Shown: one piece after another, positions 51,213-62,209 of the stretch | How the letters are laid out: each line of letters starts with the position of its first letter | How positions within the stretch are numbered: the stretch's first letter is position 1 | Source: Octopus bimaculoides | Lineage: Eukaryota | Assembly (NCBI RefSeq): GCF_001194135.2 | Contig: NC_068993.1 | Span: 59,703,919-59,767,877, forward strand | Direction: 5' to 3' | DNA length: 63,959 nt | Notes under the pieces: generated by a model | What the model was told of the DNA's origin: nothing | The model's database searches: none | The model's input: the letters and a program-made list of their open reading frames with translations, nothing else | Program-made: the position numbers and the translations under genes

Positions 51213-51214
<2 letters not shown>
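51061..51214 (-). mobile_element. HHR-bearing 3' module ending in (TAAATAATG)3
   Basis: rc: CATCGAAAAATACCTTAGGAATGAGAACCCAGG...GACAC-CTGATGA-A-GGCTG-gaagtatat-CAGCC-GAAA-CG-AT-GTGTT...CCGTCAAATG(TAAATAATG)n; the 9-bp unit is tandem at 51061-51087. Confidence 0.7.
51121..51165 (-). ncRNA. Type I minimal hammerhead ribozyme motif (this copy probably inactive)
   Basis: Intact CUGAUGA and GAAA, 5-bp stem II (GGCUG/CAGCC) and 5-bp stem I (GACAC/GUGUU). Stem III is reduced to AC-G with no loop. The base expected to be U16.1 (position 51127) is A. Confidence 0.65.
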
Positions 51215-51250
<36 letters not shown>

Positions 51251-51271
51251 TTCTTCTTATTATTATTATTA

Positions 51272-51720
51272 TGTGTGTTTTTTCTTCTTTCTTCAAATTT
51301 TCTTGCCGAGTGTTTTCCGTACACCTAGGACAGAGAAGCTCATTGTATACGTTCCCAGTTTACACACGATAATTCACAGGTAAAATATGTATTTTTTAAA
51401 AAAATTAATAAATAAACAAATTTATGAATGGATGTTGTTTTCACAGCGATAATGCTCTTCTCAGTACATGAGTAGTTCCAGTTAACACGATTTTTTGCAC
51501 TTCCTGTAGGGATGGTAAACCTGATATCATTTTCAAATAGGTTTCAGTACTTTTTTGCCTTGAGGTACCGCATTTTTTCAATTTCTATTAGCAAGTCTTT
51601 ATATTTACTGATCTTGTCAAATTCTTTCGCCGCTATATTATGATCGCGAGGAATACTCATGTCAATTAATAAACACTTCTTCTTTGTCTGATCGTTTATA
51701 ATAATATCCGGTAGTAGTAT
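51272..51720 (-). mobile_element. 5'-truncated R4/Dong-like LINE (REL C-terminus plus 3' UTR) inserted in (TAA)n
   Basis: PDIIINDQTKKKCLLIDMSIPRDHNIAAKEFDKISKYKDLLIEIEKM (REL PD..D..K region), followed by about 170 bp of UTR. (TAA)n lies on the element strand at both ends (51215-51271 and 51720-51811). Confidence 0.85.
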
Positions 51721-51728
51721 TATTATTA

Positions 51729-51810
<82 letters not shown>

Positions 51811-51815
<5 letters not shown>

Positions 51816-51880
51816 TCACTGTCTGGAATCAAACTCAGAATCTTGGGGTTAGTTGCCTGCGCTCTTAACCACTACGCCCA
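51811..51880 (-). mobile_element. tRNA-derived head distinct from SINE-A/B/C heads, followed directly by (AAT)n
   Basis: rc GGGCGTAGTGGTTAAGAGCGCAGGCAACTAACCCCAAGATTCTGAGTTTGATTCCAGACAGTGACCTGA: A box GGCGTAGTGG, B box GAGTTTGATTCC (one mismatch). Confidence 0.75.
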
Positions 51881-51887
51881 CCAGCAT

Positions 51888-52328
51888 ACTTGCTTTACTC
51901 ATTTGACTGTGGCCATGCTGGAGCACCACCTTAAAGAATTTTTTGTCGAATGAATCGACCCCAGGACTTTTTTAAAGCGTGGTACTTATTCTATACCTCT
52001 CTTTTGTCGAACCACTAAGTTGCGCAGAGGTAAGCACACCAACACCGGTTGTCTAGTGGTAATGGGGTACAAACACAGACACAAACACACCCACACCCAC
52101 ACACACATGCACACACACAGACGTGCACACGCGCTCACATACACACATATACACGCATATATATATAGGACGGGCTTCTTTCTTTTTCCCTTTACCAAAT
52201 CCACTCATATGGTTTTGGTCTGCCCGAGGCTATAACTGAAGACACTTGCCCAAGGTGATATGTAGTGGGACTGAACCCGTGACCATATGGTTATGAAGCA
52301 AACTTTTTACCACACAGACACGCTCGCA
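51888..52328 (-). mobile_element. SINE-A, full length, diverged
   Basis: Tail (51888-52085), internal (CA)/(TA) tract, and complete head including GGTCTGCCCGAGGCTATAACTGAAGACACTTGCCCAAGG and GGGACTGAACCC. Confidence 0.9.
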
Positions 52329-53419
52329 GTAATATGTTTATTTTCCATCATTTTCCCTTAAATTGAGCAGGTATAAAATGGGGGCTCGATAGGGATTTTT
52401 ATTCTGGGCGTCTATCGTAATTAATGTTATTCCGTCTTTGTCTCCCCACCACCACCTTAAACACATTTCATAATTACCGTAATGAACCAATGATTTCGTG
52501 AGAGGATTTCATATGCAGCATTTTCAAGAACAATTGTAATTTATAGTAAGATCGCATCGCATGGAAATTGAAACAAGGTTAGTAGTGTCACTACACAAAG
52601 GCTGCCGTATCGATTGCTATCACATTTAGATATATAATGCTCATTTCTCACTTCAGTTTGTTGCTATCTTAAGAAATGTAACCGCGAAGTTCCTCCCCCC
52701 TCCACCTCACTACCCATGCTATAAACATAATTTCAGCCACTTTTACGACTCCTAATAACGTCATAACACCATTGTTCCTTTTATCTTTCGCCAATCACTA
52801 ATTTTATTTTTCATATTCTAAAAGCTAAATACATTTACTAAAGCCAGAATTGTTTGGCTTTCTTCGTTACCCACATTTCGTTCGGCGAAAATTGCTTTGT
52901 CCGCTTCCAATTACCCACAATCTCACATGTGAGGACAACCATTAAAAGGAAGGCTCAAAACTGCAACGCCTTCGTTTAAGCAAAACATCTGGTACTTCAA
53001 AAGTGACCTACAACCAACCACTCTTCCTGTCACGTATATTAGTCAGTTCGAATCACCTTTCTCACACGTTTCTTTATGTCTCCATCGTTAAATGACTGGA
53101 CACGAGTTTCCAACGCCCGCAAAACATAACGCCGTCAGATTGTCTTGTTCTGATGTAGTGGCATAAAATAAATGCTCAACTAGTGGCAAGTCAAATTAGT
53201 ATGACGGCTCCTTGCAAACATACCTGCAACCCACAGGCACTCACACGTGTGCACATGATACGTGCGTGTGTGTGTGTATGTGCGTATGTAAGAGCGAGCA
53301 CGTACGTACAGACACGAAAATACACACGCGCACACACACACACACACACACACGTATGTATAGAAAACATCAGCATATACACATAGAATGGTAATTGATT
53401 CTCATGTATAAATATGTGT

Positions 53420-53463
<44 letters not shown>

Positions 53464-53524
53464 TTTCTTTCTCCCTACTTTACTTTCTTTCTTTCTTTCT
53501 CTATATAGAGAGAAATAGATAGAT

Positions 53525-53559
<35 letters not shown>

Positions 53560-53619
53560 TGCAAATACATAATTATCAACGTCATCATCATGGTCATCCT
53601 CATCATTATCATTATCAGT

Positions 53620-53712
53620 GGAAGAGATACTTTCCATACGTGCCGCGCTGTGGGACTGAACCTAGAACCAAGTGGTTGTGAAGTAAACCTCTTACCACAG
53701 AGCCACACCAGC
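53620..53712 (-). mobile_element. SINE-A head fragment
   Basis: GTGCCGCGCTGTGGGACTGAACCTAGAACC..GTGGTTG..CTCTTACCACAGAGCCACACC. Confidence 0.75.
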
Positions 53713-55904
53713 ACTCATAAAACTAAATCGTAGCAAACTTTATTCCCTACAGAATCAATGAATCAATGAATAGAATTTAAATGGACACCAACACACTAAT
53801 GTAGAAAGGCCAAGCATTTTAATTAATTAAACCTATTTTCTTAATGAACAGAGACAATCATTATTTGAATGAGTTATTCTAGTTAAAAAAAAGGGGGAAG
53901 AAGACAATTCTGGAAGTGATCCTTCGAGCTTCTAAAAGCAACCTTCGTTTGTTTGTTTACGTTCATCGTAATTTGAATTTAAAATATTTAAAATATTTCT
54001 GGGTTTACTTCTAATGTATGTATGTATGCATGCATGCATTTATATATANNNNNNNNNNNNNNNNNNNNNNNNNNNNNNNNNNNNNNNNNNNNNNNNNNNN
54101 NNNNNNNNNNNNNNNNNNNNNNNNNNNNNNNNNNNNNNNNNNNNNNNNNNNNNNNNNNNNNNNNNNNNNNNNNNNNNNNNNNNNNNNNNNNNNNNNNNNN
54201 NNNNNNNNNNNNNNNNNNNNNNNNNNNNNNNNNNNNNNNNNNNNNNNNNNNNNNNNNNNNNNNNNNNNNNNNNNNNNNNNNNNNNNNNNNNNNNNNNNNN
54301 NNNNNNNNNNNNNNNNNNNNNNNNNNNNNNNNNNNNNNNNNNNNNNNNNNNNNNNNNNNNNNNNNNNNNNNNNNNNNNNNNNNNNNNNNNNNNNNNNNNN
54401 NNNNNNNNNNNNNNNNNNNNNNNNNNNNNNNNNNNNNNNNNNNNNNNNNNNNNNNNNTTTGTTTAGTAAGATTTGTCTAAATTTCAATTCAGTGAGATAA
54501 CATATAACGATGATACAAAAGTACAAAGATATTATTTTGAAATGTTGCTGAATATAAATAACCTAAATATAGTTGGAATTATTGACTAATTTTGGCAGAC
54601 GTTTTGGTCAGTCATTTTTTGCATCAAGATATGAGTATTGATTTTTTTTCTGTGTGTGATTTTCATAATTTTTTAAATATATATTTTATTTGTCGTTTTT
54701 GCGTATTTCAAAAAAGTCTTAGATACGTATTTCTGTTTCTTTTTAGAAAGCAGTTGAAGTAAATAATAAAAAAAAAACAACAACACACAATTAGGAATTA
54801 AAAGAAAATAAAATAAAAAAAAAACACTCAGTTGTCAAAAGCTGCAACATTTTTTTTCTAAAATTTATATTTGTTGCAGTTGAATGAAGAAAAAAAAATG
54901 TCAGATGGAATTGCGAGAGACTATTTGTATAAAACTAGTTCACCAAAGATAAATGTAAGTAAAGAAAGCTGTCAAAAACAGTGAAAGTTTGTATAAATTA
55001 TCTAACGGAAAAAATACACCTGCTATGTATGATTTGACGTTCTTTGTTGATGGGTACACTATTCGAATGAGGGATTTTACTAAGATTTCATGTTTATCAC
55101 AGCATATTCACCTGATAGTATACTGCAAGTTCATGTACTACTTCGTATCTTCCAACATGGCGGAATTATGACATTGAAACGATTTTGATGACAGAACTGT
55201 ACAGCTGCGGTTGTATATTTACTGCTTAGTCATTTATTTCCTCATGGCCTGATAAACAACAAATTACTTTCCATACTTTTGCAGTGCAGCATTTGCACCA
55301 CTAAAGTGAGAAGGGTGCCTAGGTTAATTTTCGGTAGACTAACTTCCAATTTACTTATTAAAAATCTAGAATGCAATTAATCCGAAATCCGATTATTGAT
55401 GGTGGTCCTAGTGTAAGTATCAGTGAATATCCTGCGACAAGGTGCAGTAAAGTCAATCGTCGGTCTGTCATCTGCGGCTTGGATTATTTGTCGATTTTGA
55501 TAACATTGTAAAGATGAGATGTACTTTGGTAGGACCGGGTCCTTAATGTAATAGCAGCCTAGAAACTTTTTATGAACAGGCATCAAAAAATAAATTCAAC
55601 TTTAAAGGGGACCGACTGCACCTGAAAAGTTGTAACCAAACCACTAATAATTAAATACTGCAAGATACTGTTTAAAATTAAATTAAATAATTACAGAATA
55701 AATACAAGTTTATGGATTTCGAAATAGGGGTTAGGTGATTAATTAATTTTCAGTGCTTTTTTAATGATATTTTATTTTTGACTGAGAAAAAAAATAGTAA
55801 AAAAAGGAAAACAAATTTGATGTCTGCAAGGTTTGAACTCAGAATGTAAAGGTTCATCATTAAATACCGATATTTATTTGTTCTACAAATCTTCCCACCC
55901 TTAG

Positions 55905-56062
55905 TATTCTTTTCTACTCTAGGCACAAGGTCTGAGACTTTTGGAGAGGGGACCAGTCGATTAGATCGACGCCAGTACGCAACTGGTTTTTAATTTATCG
56001 ACTTCGAAAGGATGAAAGGCAAAGTCGACCTCGGCGGAATTTGAACTCAGAACGTAAAGACA
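55905..56062 (-). mobile_element. SINE-B, 5'-truncated
   Basis: TTTTCTACTCTAGGCACAAGG..AGTCGATTAGATCGAC.CCAGTACGCAACTGG..GAAAGGATGAAAGGCAAAGTCGACCTCGGCGGAATTTGAACTCAGAACGTAA. Confidence 0.92.
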
Positions 56063-57356
56063 AACACCCACTTCCTAATATTATAAAAATAATAAGGTCA
56101 GTTCATTCTACTTCTTTTCTTTCGTTCTGTCTTTCGCCTTTCTTTCCATAATATCGGAGTTTTCTGGTAGTGAAGGGAATGCAGAGGGGGAACAAGAAAG
56201 GTAACATCAGGATTAACATTAATACCAGGTCAATGTGTAGGTTNNNNNNNNNNNNNNNNNNNNNNNNNNNNNNNNNNNNNNNNNNNNNNNNNNNNNNNNN
56301 NNNNNNNNNNNNNNNNNNNNNNNNNNNNNNNNNNNNNNNNNNNNNNNNNNNNNNNNNNNNNNNNNNNNNNNNNNNNNNNNNNNNNNNNNNNNNNNNNNNN
56401 NNNNNNNNNNNNNNNNNNNNNNNNNNNNNNNNNNNNNNNNNNNNNNNNNNNNNNNNNNNNNNNNNNNNNNNNNNNNNNNNNNNNNNNNNNNTCATCTAAG
56501 GCTACATTATCTAATGTCGGTTGTGTTTAAAGGAAATAAGGTTTAATGTGAATGCGATTTCGCCTTTATTTTTTACCAAATTGGCCGACTGAGTAAAAAC
56601 TAACTCGTTATCTCAAGGTTGAGTTTTTGTTTAAACCCTGGTGAGTCCTGATAGATGGGAGGGACAGGATTTTCCAGCTATTTTAAGAGAGTAGTGCGTG
56701 ATTAAAAAAAAAAAAAGATGTGGTTATATCTTCAATTGGTTGAATAACTTTCGAGCTGACTTATTGAATTAGCCATCGTTAGAAAACTTTAAGAAACCCC
56801 AAAATGTGTTAGAATTTACTGGCGCGGTGAGTATGTAGTTGAGTATTTAAGCCCCATACATCGTGTATCAAAAACCCGAGATATTTTCTAGTAGTGTATT
56901 TCCATATATTCTTATTTCATTTGTACGATATGGAATGTAGATGCACACCTCGGGTATTGTTCTTTCTCCCTTGCACCAAATGCGGCCATGTTCCCTAAAA
57001 AAAAAAAAGAATACTTCTCATTATTTTACAAGGGGCATTAAAAATAACCAAACAAGTAAAATGTATGAAGATAATGATAAAAAAAACAAAGAATTTTCCG
57101 TTATGTAGAATATTAGTGAAAGTATATAAGCTTTAAAAATGATGAACTGGGTTGTCCATAACAATTTGTAACAAGTGAAATATATTGGCTGTGGTCCTCA
57201 CAGATACATCCTGCAGTAACATGGGTGGGATTGGTCACTTAATTCATGACGTCACATATCTTCTCATACACGCAAATAAACAGACTTAGGAAACAGACAC
57301 TTGTAAATGCATATTTTGATACAAATATATACATACATACATACATACATACATAT

Positions 57357-57407
<51 letters not shown>

Positions 57408-58092
57408 NNNNNNNNNNNNNNNNNNNNNNNNNNNNNNNNNNNNNNNNNNNNNNNNNNNNNNNNNNNNNNNNNNNNNNNNNNNNNNNNNNNNNNNNNNNNN
57501 NNNNNNNNNNNNNNNNNNNNNNNNNNNNNNNNNNNNNNNNNNNNNNNNNNNNNNNNNNNNNNNNNNNNNNNNNNNNNNNNNNNNNNNNNNNNNNNNNNNN
57601 NNNNNNNNNNNNNNNNNNNNNNNNNNNNNNNNNNNNNNNNNNNNNNNNNNNNNNNNNNNNNNNNNNNNNNNNNNNNNNNNNNNNNNNNNNNNNNNNNNNN
57701 NNNNNNNNNNNNNNNNNNNNNNNNNNNNNNNNNNNNNNNNNNNNNNNNNNNNNNNNNNNNNNNNNNNNNNNNNNNNNNNNNNNNNNNNNNNNNNNNNNNN
57801 NNNNNNNNNNNAATAATAATAATAATAATAATGATCATGAAAATAGCGACATAAAAAAGACAAAAGAAATACAATTGTTTTGGATTTTACGGAAGTCAAT
57901 GATTTGGCATGTCTCTCTCGATTAATGATAATCAATACAACGTGATATTGAATTCAATATTGATGTTATATAATGAATTATAAATACAAAAGCGAGAATT
58001 TCAACACGCATGGCATTGATCTATAAAAAAACATTTCTAAGGAATAAGGGGTGGGCTGCCTTTACACCTGACGGTTATATTATTGTCACTGA

Positions 58093-58123
<31 letters not shown>

Positions 58124-58164
58124 TACTATTATTATTATTGTTGTTATTATTCCAGCGGGCGGTG

Positions 58165-58305
58165 AAGTGGTGAGTTGGTAGAGGCGCTAGAACGTTGCGC
58201 AAAATGCGCGGCAGCATTTGTTTCACTCTCTACGTTGTGATTTCAAATCCTATCGAGGTTAACTTTGCTTTTCATCCTCCTGGATTCGACAAAATGGAAT
58301 ACCAT
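58165..58305 (+). mobile_element. SINE-B, degenerate
   Basis: GTGAGTTGGTAGA..CAAAATGC..TTTCAAATCC.ATCGAGGTTAACTTTGCTTTTCATCC. Confidence 0.65.
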
Positions 58306-58386
58306 CGCCTTATTGAAGGGGTGGGGTGGGGTGGGGTGGGGGTCGATGGTGGCGACTAACACCATCCCCAGAAATTATTACTGTCA

Positions 58387-58612
58387 GGACAGCGAGCTGT
58401 GGCAGAATCGTTAGCAGACCGGACAAAATGCTTGATGACATTTCGTCGGTCTTCACATTCTGAGTTCAAATTCCACCGAGGCTGACTTGGCCTTCCTCTT
58501 TTCGAGGCAGAGGTCGATAAAATCAATACCATTCGAGCATATTTTGCTCGATGTAATCGACTTATTCCTCTTCCGAAATTACTGACCTTTGGGCCAAAAC
58601 ATGAAACCATTA
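58387..58612 (+). mobile_element. SINE-B
   Basis: GCGAGCTGTGGCAGAATCGTTAGC..GGACAAAATGCTT..TTCTGAGTTCAAATTCCACCGAGG..GAGGTCGATAAAAT..CGATGTAATCGACTTA. Confidence 0.85.
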
Positions 58613-58614
58613 TG

Positions 58615-58656
<42 letters not shown>

Positions 58657-59107
58657 GTTCAGTAGTTTTATTTTTATAACGTGCTTTCACTTCACTACCG
58701 AGCGCAGCTCTGTGCGCCTTGGATATGTGCTGTGGTTTATTGTGGTGCTCTTATGGTTACTGTATTGAAAGTGTTTTNNNNNNNNNNNNNNNNNNNNNNN
58801 NNNNNNNNNNNNNNNNNNNNNNNNNNNNNNNNNNNNNNNNNNNNNNNNNNNNNNNNNNNNNNNNNNNNNNNNNNNNNNNNNNNNNNNNNNNNNNNNNNNN
58901 NNNNNNNNNNNNNNNNNNNNNNNNNNNNNNNNNNNNNNNNNNNNNNNNNNNNNNNNNNNNNNNNNNNNNNNNNNNNNNNNNNNNNNNNNNNNNNNNNNNN
59001 NNNNNNNNNNNNNNNNNNNNNNNNNNNNNNNNNNNNNNNNNNNNNNNNNNNNNNNNNNNNNNNNNNNNNNNNNNNNNNNNNNNNNNNNNNNNNNNNNNNN
59101 NNNNNNN

Positions 59108-59183
<76 letters not shown>

Positions 59184-59184
<1 letters not shown>

Positions 59185-59418
59185 GGGCAACGAGCTGGCA
59201 GAAACGTTAGCACGCCGGACAAAATGTTGTTAACCATTTTGTTCGAGGTTTAAGTTCTGAATTCCAATTCCACCGAAGTCGACTTTGACTTTCATCCTTT
59301 TTCGGGGTCGATAAAATAAGTGCCAATTGATTACTGAGGTCGATGTAATCGACTAACATCGCCCCCGCCACCATTGCTCTACATTTCAGGCCTTGATCCT
59401 GTAGCAGAAAGAATTGTT
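59184..59418 (+). mobile_element. SINE-B
   Basis: GGCAACGAGCTGGCAGAAACGTTAGCACGCCGGACAAAATG..GTCGACTTTGACTTTCATCC..TCGGGGTCGATAAAATAAG..GTCGATGTAATCGACTAA..AGGCCTTG. Confidence 0.88.
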
Positions 59419-59733
59419 ACAAAGGACAGTGAGGCGGTAAATTGGTATAGATGTTAGAGCGTTTCATAGAATATTTCGCAGAATTTCTTCAGATTGTCTG
59501 CGACCCGAGTCCAAACACCAGTGAGATCAGCCTTGTTTCGGTTCCAATCTAGTGTGGTGAACTAGCGCAATTGTTAGAGGGCCAGGCAAAAAACTCCTTT
59601 CAGTATCTAACTGGACCCTTTGCGTTCTGACGACAAGGTCTGCGACAGAACTGACACCAAGAGGAATTGGCCCAATCAGTGTTAAACATCGTGCAAGCGA
59701 CGGGAGATACTTGCTTGGAAAATTACCAGGCAT

Positions 59734-59867
59734 GCGCAGGAGTGGCTGTGTAGCTGTGTGGTAAGAAGATTGTTTCCCAACCGCATGGTTCTGGGTTCAA
59801 TCCCATTGCGTGGCCGACCAAAGCCTTGTGAGTGGATTTGGTAGACGGAAACTGAAAGAAGCCTGTC

Positions 59868-59870
<3 letters not shown>
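59734..59870 (+). mobile_element. SINE-A head with internal deletion, running into (TA)n and a gap
   Basis: GCGCAGGAGTGGCTGTG..GTGTGGTAAG..GGGTTCAATCCCATTGCGTGGC|CGACCAAAGCCTTGTGAGTGGATTTGGTAGACGGAAACTGAAAGAAGCC. Confidence 0.9.
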
Positions 59871-59905
<35 letters not shown>

Positions 59906-60939
59906 NNNNNNNNNNNNNNNNNNNNNNNNNNNNNNNNNNNNNNNNNNNNNNNNNNNNNNNNNNNNNNNNNNNNNNNNNNNNNNNNNNNNNNNNNNNNNNN
60001 NNNNNNNNNNNNNNNNNNNNNNNNNNNNNNNNNNNNNNNNNNNNNNNNNNNNNNNNNNNNNNNNNNNNNNNNNNNNNNNNNNNNNNNNNNNNNNNNNNNN
60101 NNNNNNNNNNNNNNNNNNNNNNNNNNNNNNNNNNNNNNNNNNNNNNNNNNNNNNNNNNNNNNNNNNNNNNNNNNNNNNNNNNNNNNNNNNNNNNNNNNNN
60201 NNNNNNNNNNNNNNNNNNNNNNNNNNNNNNNNNNNNNNNNNNNNNNNNNNNNNNNNNNNNNNNNNNNNNNNNNNNNNNNNNNNNNNNNNNNNNNNNNNNN
60301 NNNNNNNNNNNNNNNNNNNNNNNNNNNNNNNNNNNNNNNNNNNNNNNNNNNNNNNNNNNNNNNNNNNNNNNNNNNNNNNNNNNNNNNNNNNNNNNNNNNN
60401 NNNNNNNNNNNNNNNNNNNNNNNNNNNNNNNNNNNNNNNNNNNNNNNNNNNNNNNNNNNNNNNNNNNNNNNNNNNNNNNNNNNNNNNNNNNNNNNNNNNN
60501 NNNNNNNNNNNNNNNNNNNNNNNNNNNNNNNNNNNNNNNNNNNNNNNNNNNNNNNNNNNNNNNNNNNNNNNNNNNNNNNNNNNNNNNNNNNNNNNTATAT
60601 ATATATATATATAATATATATGTGTGTGTCTGTGCATATACGCATATATGTGAACATAGATACACACACACACACACACACGCATACACGTACACACACA
60701 TACGTACACACTCACACTCACACTCCCTCACATGTATTGCACAAGCACGCACGATTATTGAGTTGTTGTCTCACTGGAAAGGTGATTTAACGCAAAAACT
60801 CATTAATTAGTTAAAGGTGTCTAACCTACACCTTTCGTTGCCCACAAACTGAAGGAGAAAAGAAGAAACTATGGGAAACCAGTGACAATTTACCAACGGC
60901 TTTAAACTCATATCATTCTCATTAACACTACAAACGTAG

Positions 60940-61650
60940 CCCCCATCATCATCATCATCGTCGTCGTCGTCATCATCGTAGTTTTGGTTGTGGTCGTCAT
61001 CATCGTCGTTGTCGTCATCTTCATCATCACCATCACCCTCCTTCTCCTCCGTTCTCCACCTACTTCTCTTTCTCCTCCTCCTCCTCCTCTTCTTCCTCCT
61101 CGTCCTCTTTCTTCTCGCTGTCATCGTCATCATCGATGGAATCACCCGGCCACCACAAAAGCAACGCTACACCTACCATCAGCCAAATCATCTTCTACCA
61201 TCCGCATCTCCCACCTTATAACCACCAGCATCATCACCACAACAGTGACGGTCACCATCATCAACACAATCACTACCACCATCATATGCCCCAGAACTAA
61301 CACCACCATCGCATCCACTGCCAAGACATTATTATCAAAACCGCGTTCTTTTATCACAAGCACAACCACATCAATTCCACTCCAAATATTAGCATCATGG
61401 CCACTACTAATCCACAAACTCCATCAGTAAAAACTCTACTACCACTGTCACCACTTCTACTGTCTCTAACAGCACCACCACCGCCACCACCACCACCGCC
61501 ACCAACACAACCGCCACCACCACAACCGCCACGAAGAAACCATGATCACAACCAGCACTGCGATTAACAGCAGCCAAACTACCCCCTTCTACCTCAACTA
61601 CCACAGCCACTACACTCACATCTGACACAACCACAAACACGCTGACTGCT
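60940..61650. repeat. Degenerate CAT/CAC/CCT trinucleotide low-complexity tract
   Basis: Direct reading; Thr-, Asp- and Val-rich pseudo-ORFs in several frames. Confidence 0.85.
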
Positions 61651-61874
61651 GACGTGTTCGTTGTTAGCCTCGTGATAATATGACACCTGAAAATTAATGA
61701 ATGAAATATATTTGAAAGGAAACAACAACAACAACAATAGCTAAAACAAAAAAAAAGTCGACAACTTCACCCACAACGGTAATAGCAACAACAATACGTA
61801 CGCATAAACAAATAATTTGTTTTACGACTTCTGTAAACGAGAGCCTGTACTCTTTTTAGTCTTGTCGGTCTGGT

Positions 61875-61944
61875 GGGATAATTTTGACTGAAGAGACATA
61901 TAATTAGGTCGAAACGCCGCGATGTATCCAAGTCCCTTTATCCC
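61875..61944 (+). ncRNA. Hammerhead-like motif with long outer stem, degenerate stem III
   Basis: GGGATAA(61875-81)...CTGAAGA(61888-94)-GAC-atataattag-GTC-GAAA-CG...GTA...TTATCCC(61938-44). Confidence 0.4.
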
Positions 61945-62209
61945 GGTAAATTGCAAGTTTTATCAACAAACATCGTCTAAATGAAGGAGATGACGGACAA
62001 CAGCGATCAGATATTCACGTTCGAATCCTACAAAACGTATTGAGAAGGAATAGATACGTTATTGCTTGGATCTCACTGTTCTGCATGGACTTCATGAATA
62101 ATTATGTTCACACATACATACATACATACATACATACGTACGTACGTAATGGCGCCGTCAACATCAGATATACAGGCGTAGAGAACCGTTAAAAATTTCT
62201 TTTTTGCTC

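Noticed and set aside
55377-55586. 69-aa normal-complexity ORF and nearby TTAAAGGGG possible transposon end
   Set aside because: No recognisable domain, no matching second terminus found.
1160-60810. Dozens of long ORFs rich in YI/HT/CV/ER/LS or X
   Set aside because: They are translations of (TA)n, (CA)n, (GA)n, (TCTA)n and N-runs, which lack stop codons in some frames; not genes.
60807-61640. Acidic, Thr-rich or Val-rich ORFs resembling mucin or acidic tails
   Set aside because: Open in several frames on both strands because of degenerate trinucleotide repeats; no splice or homology support. The same applies to 19923-21042 and 33458-33785.
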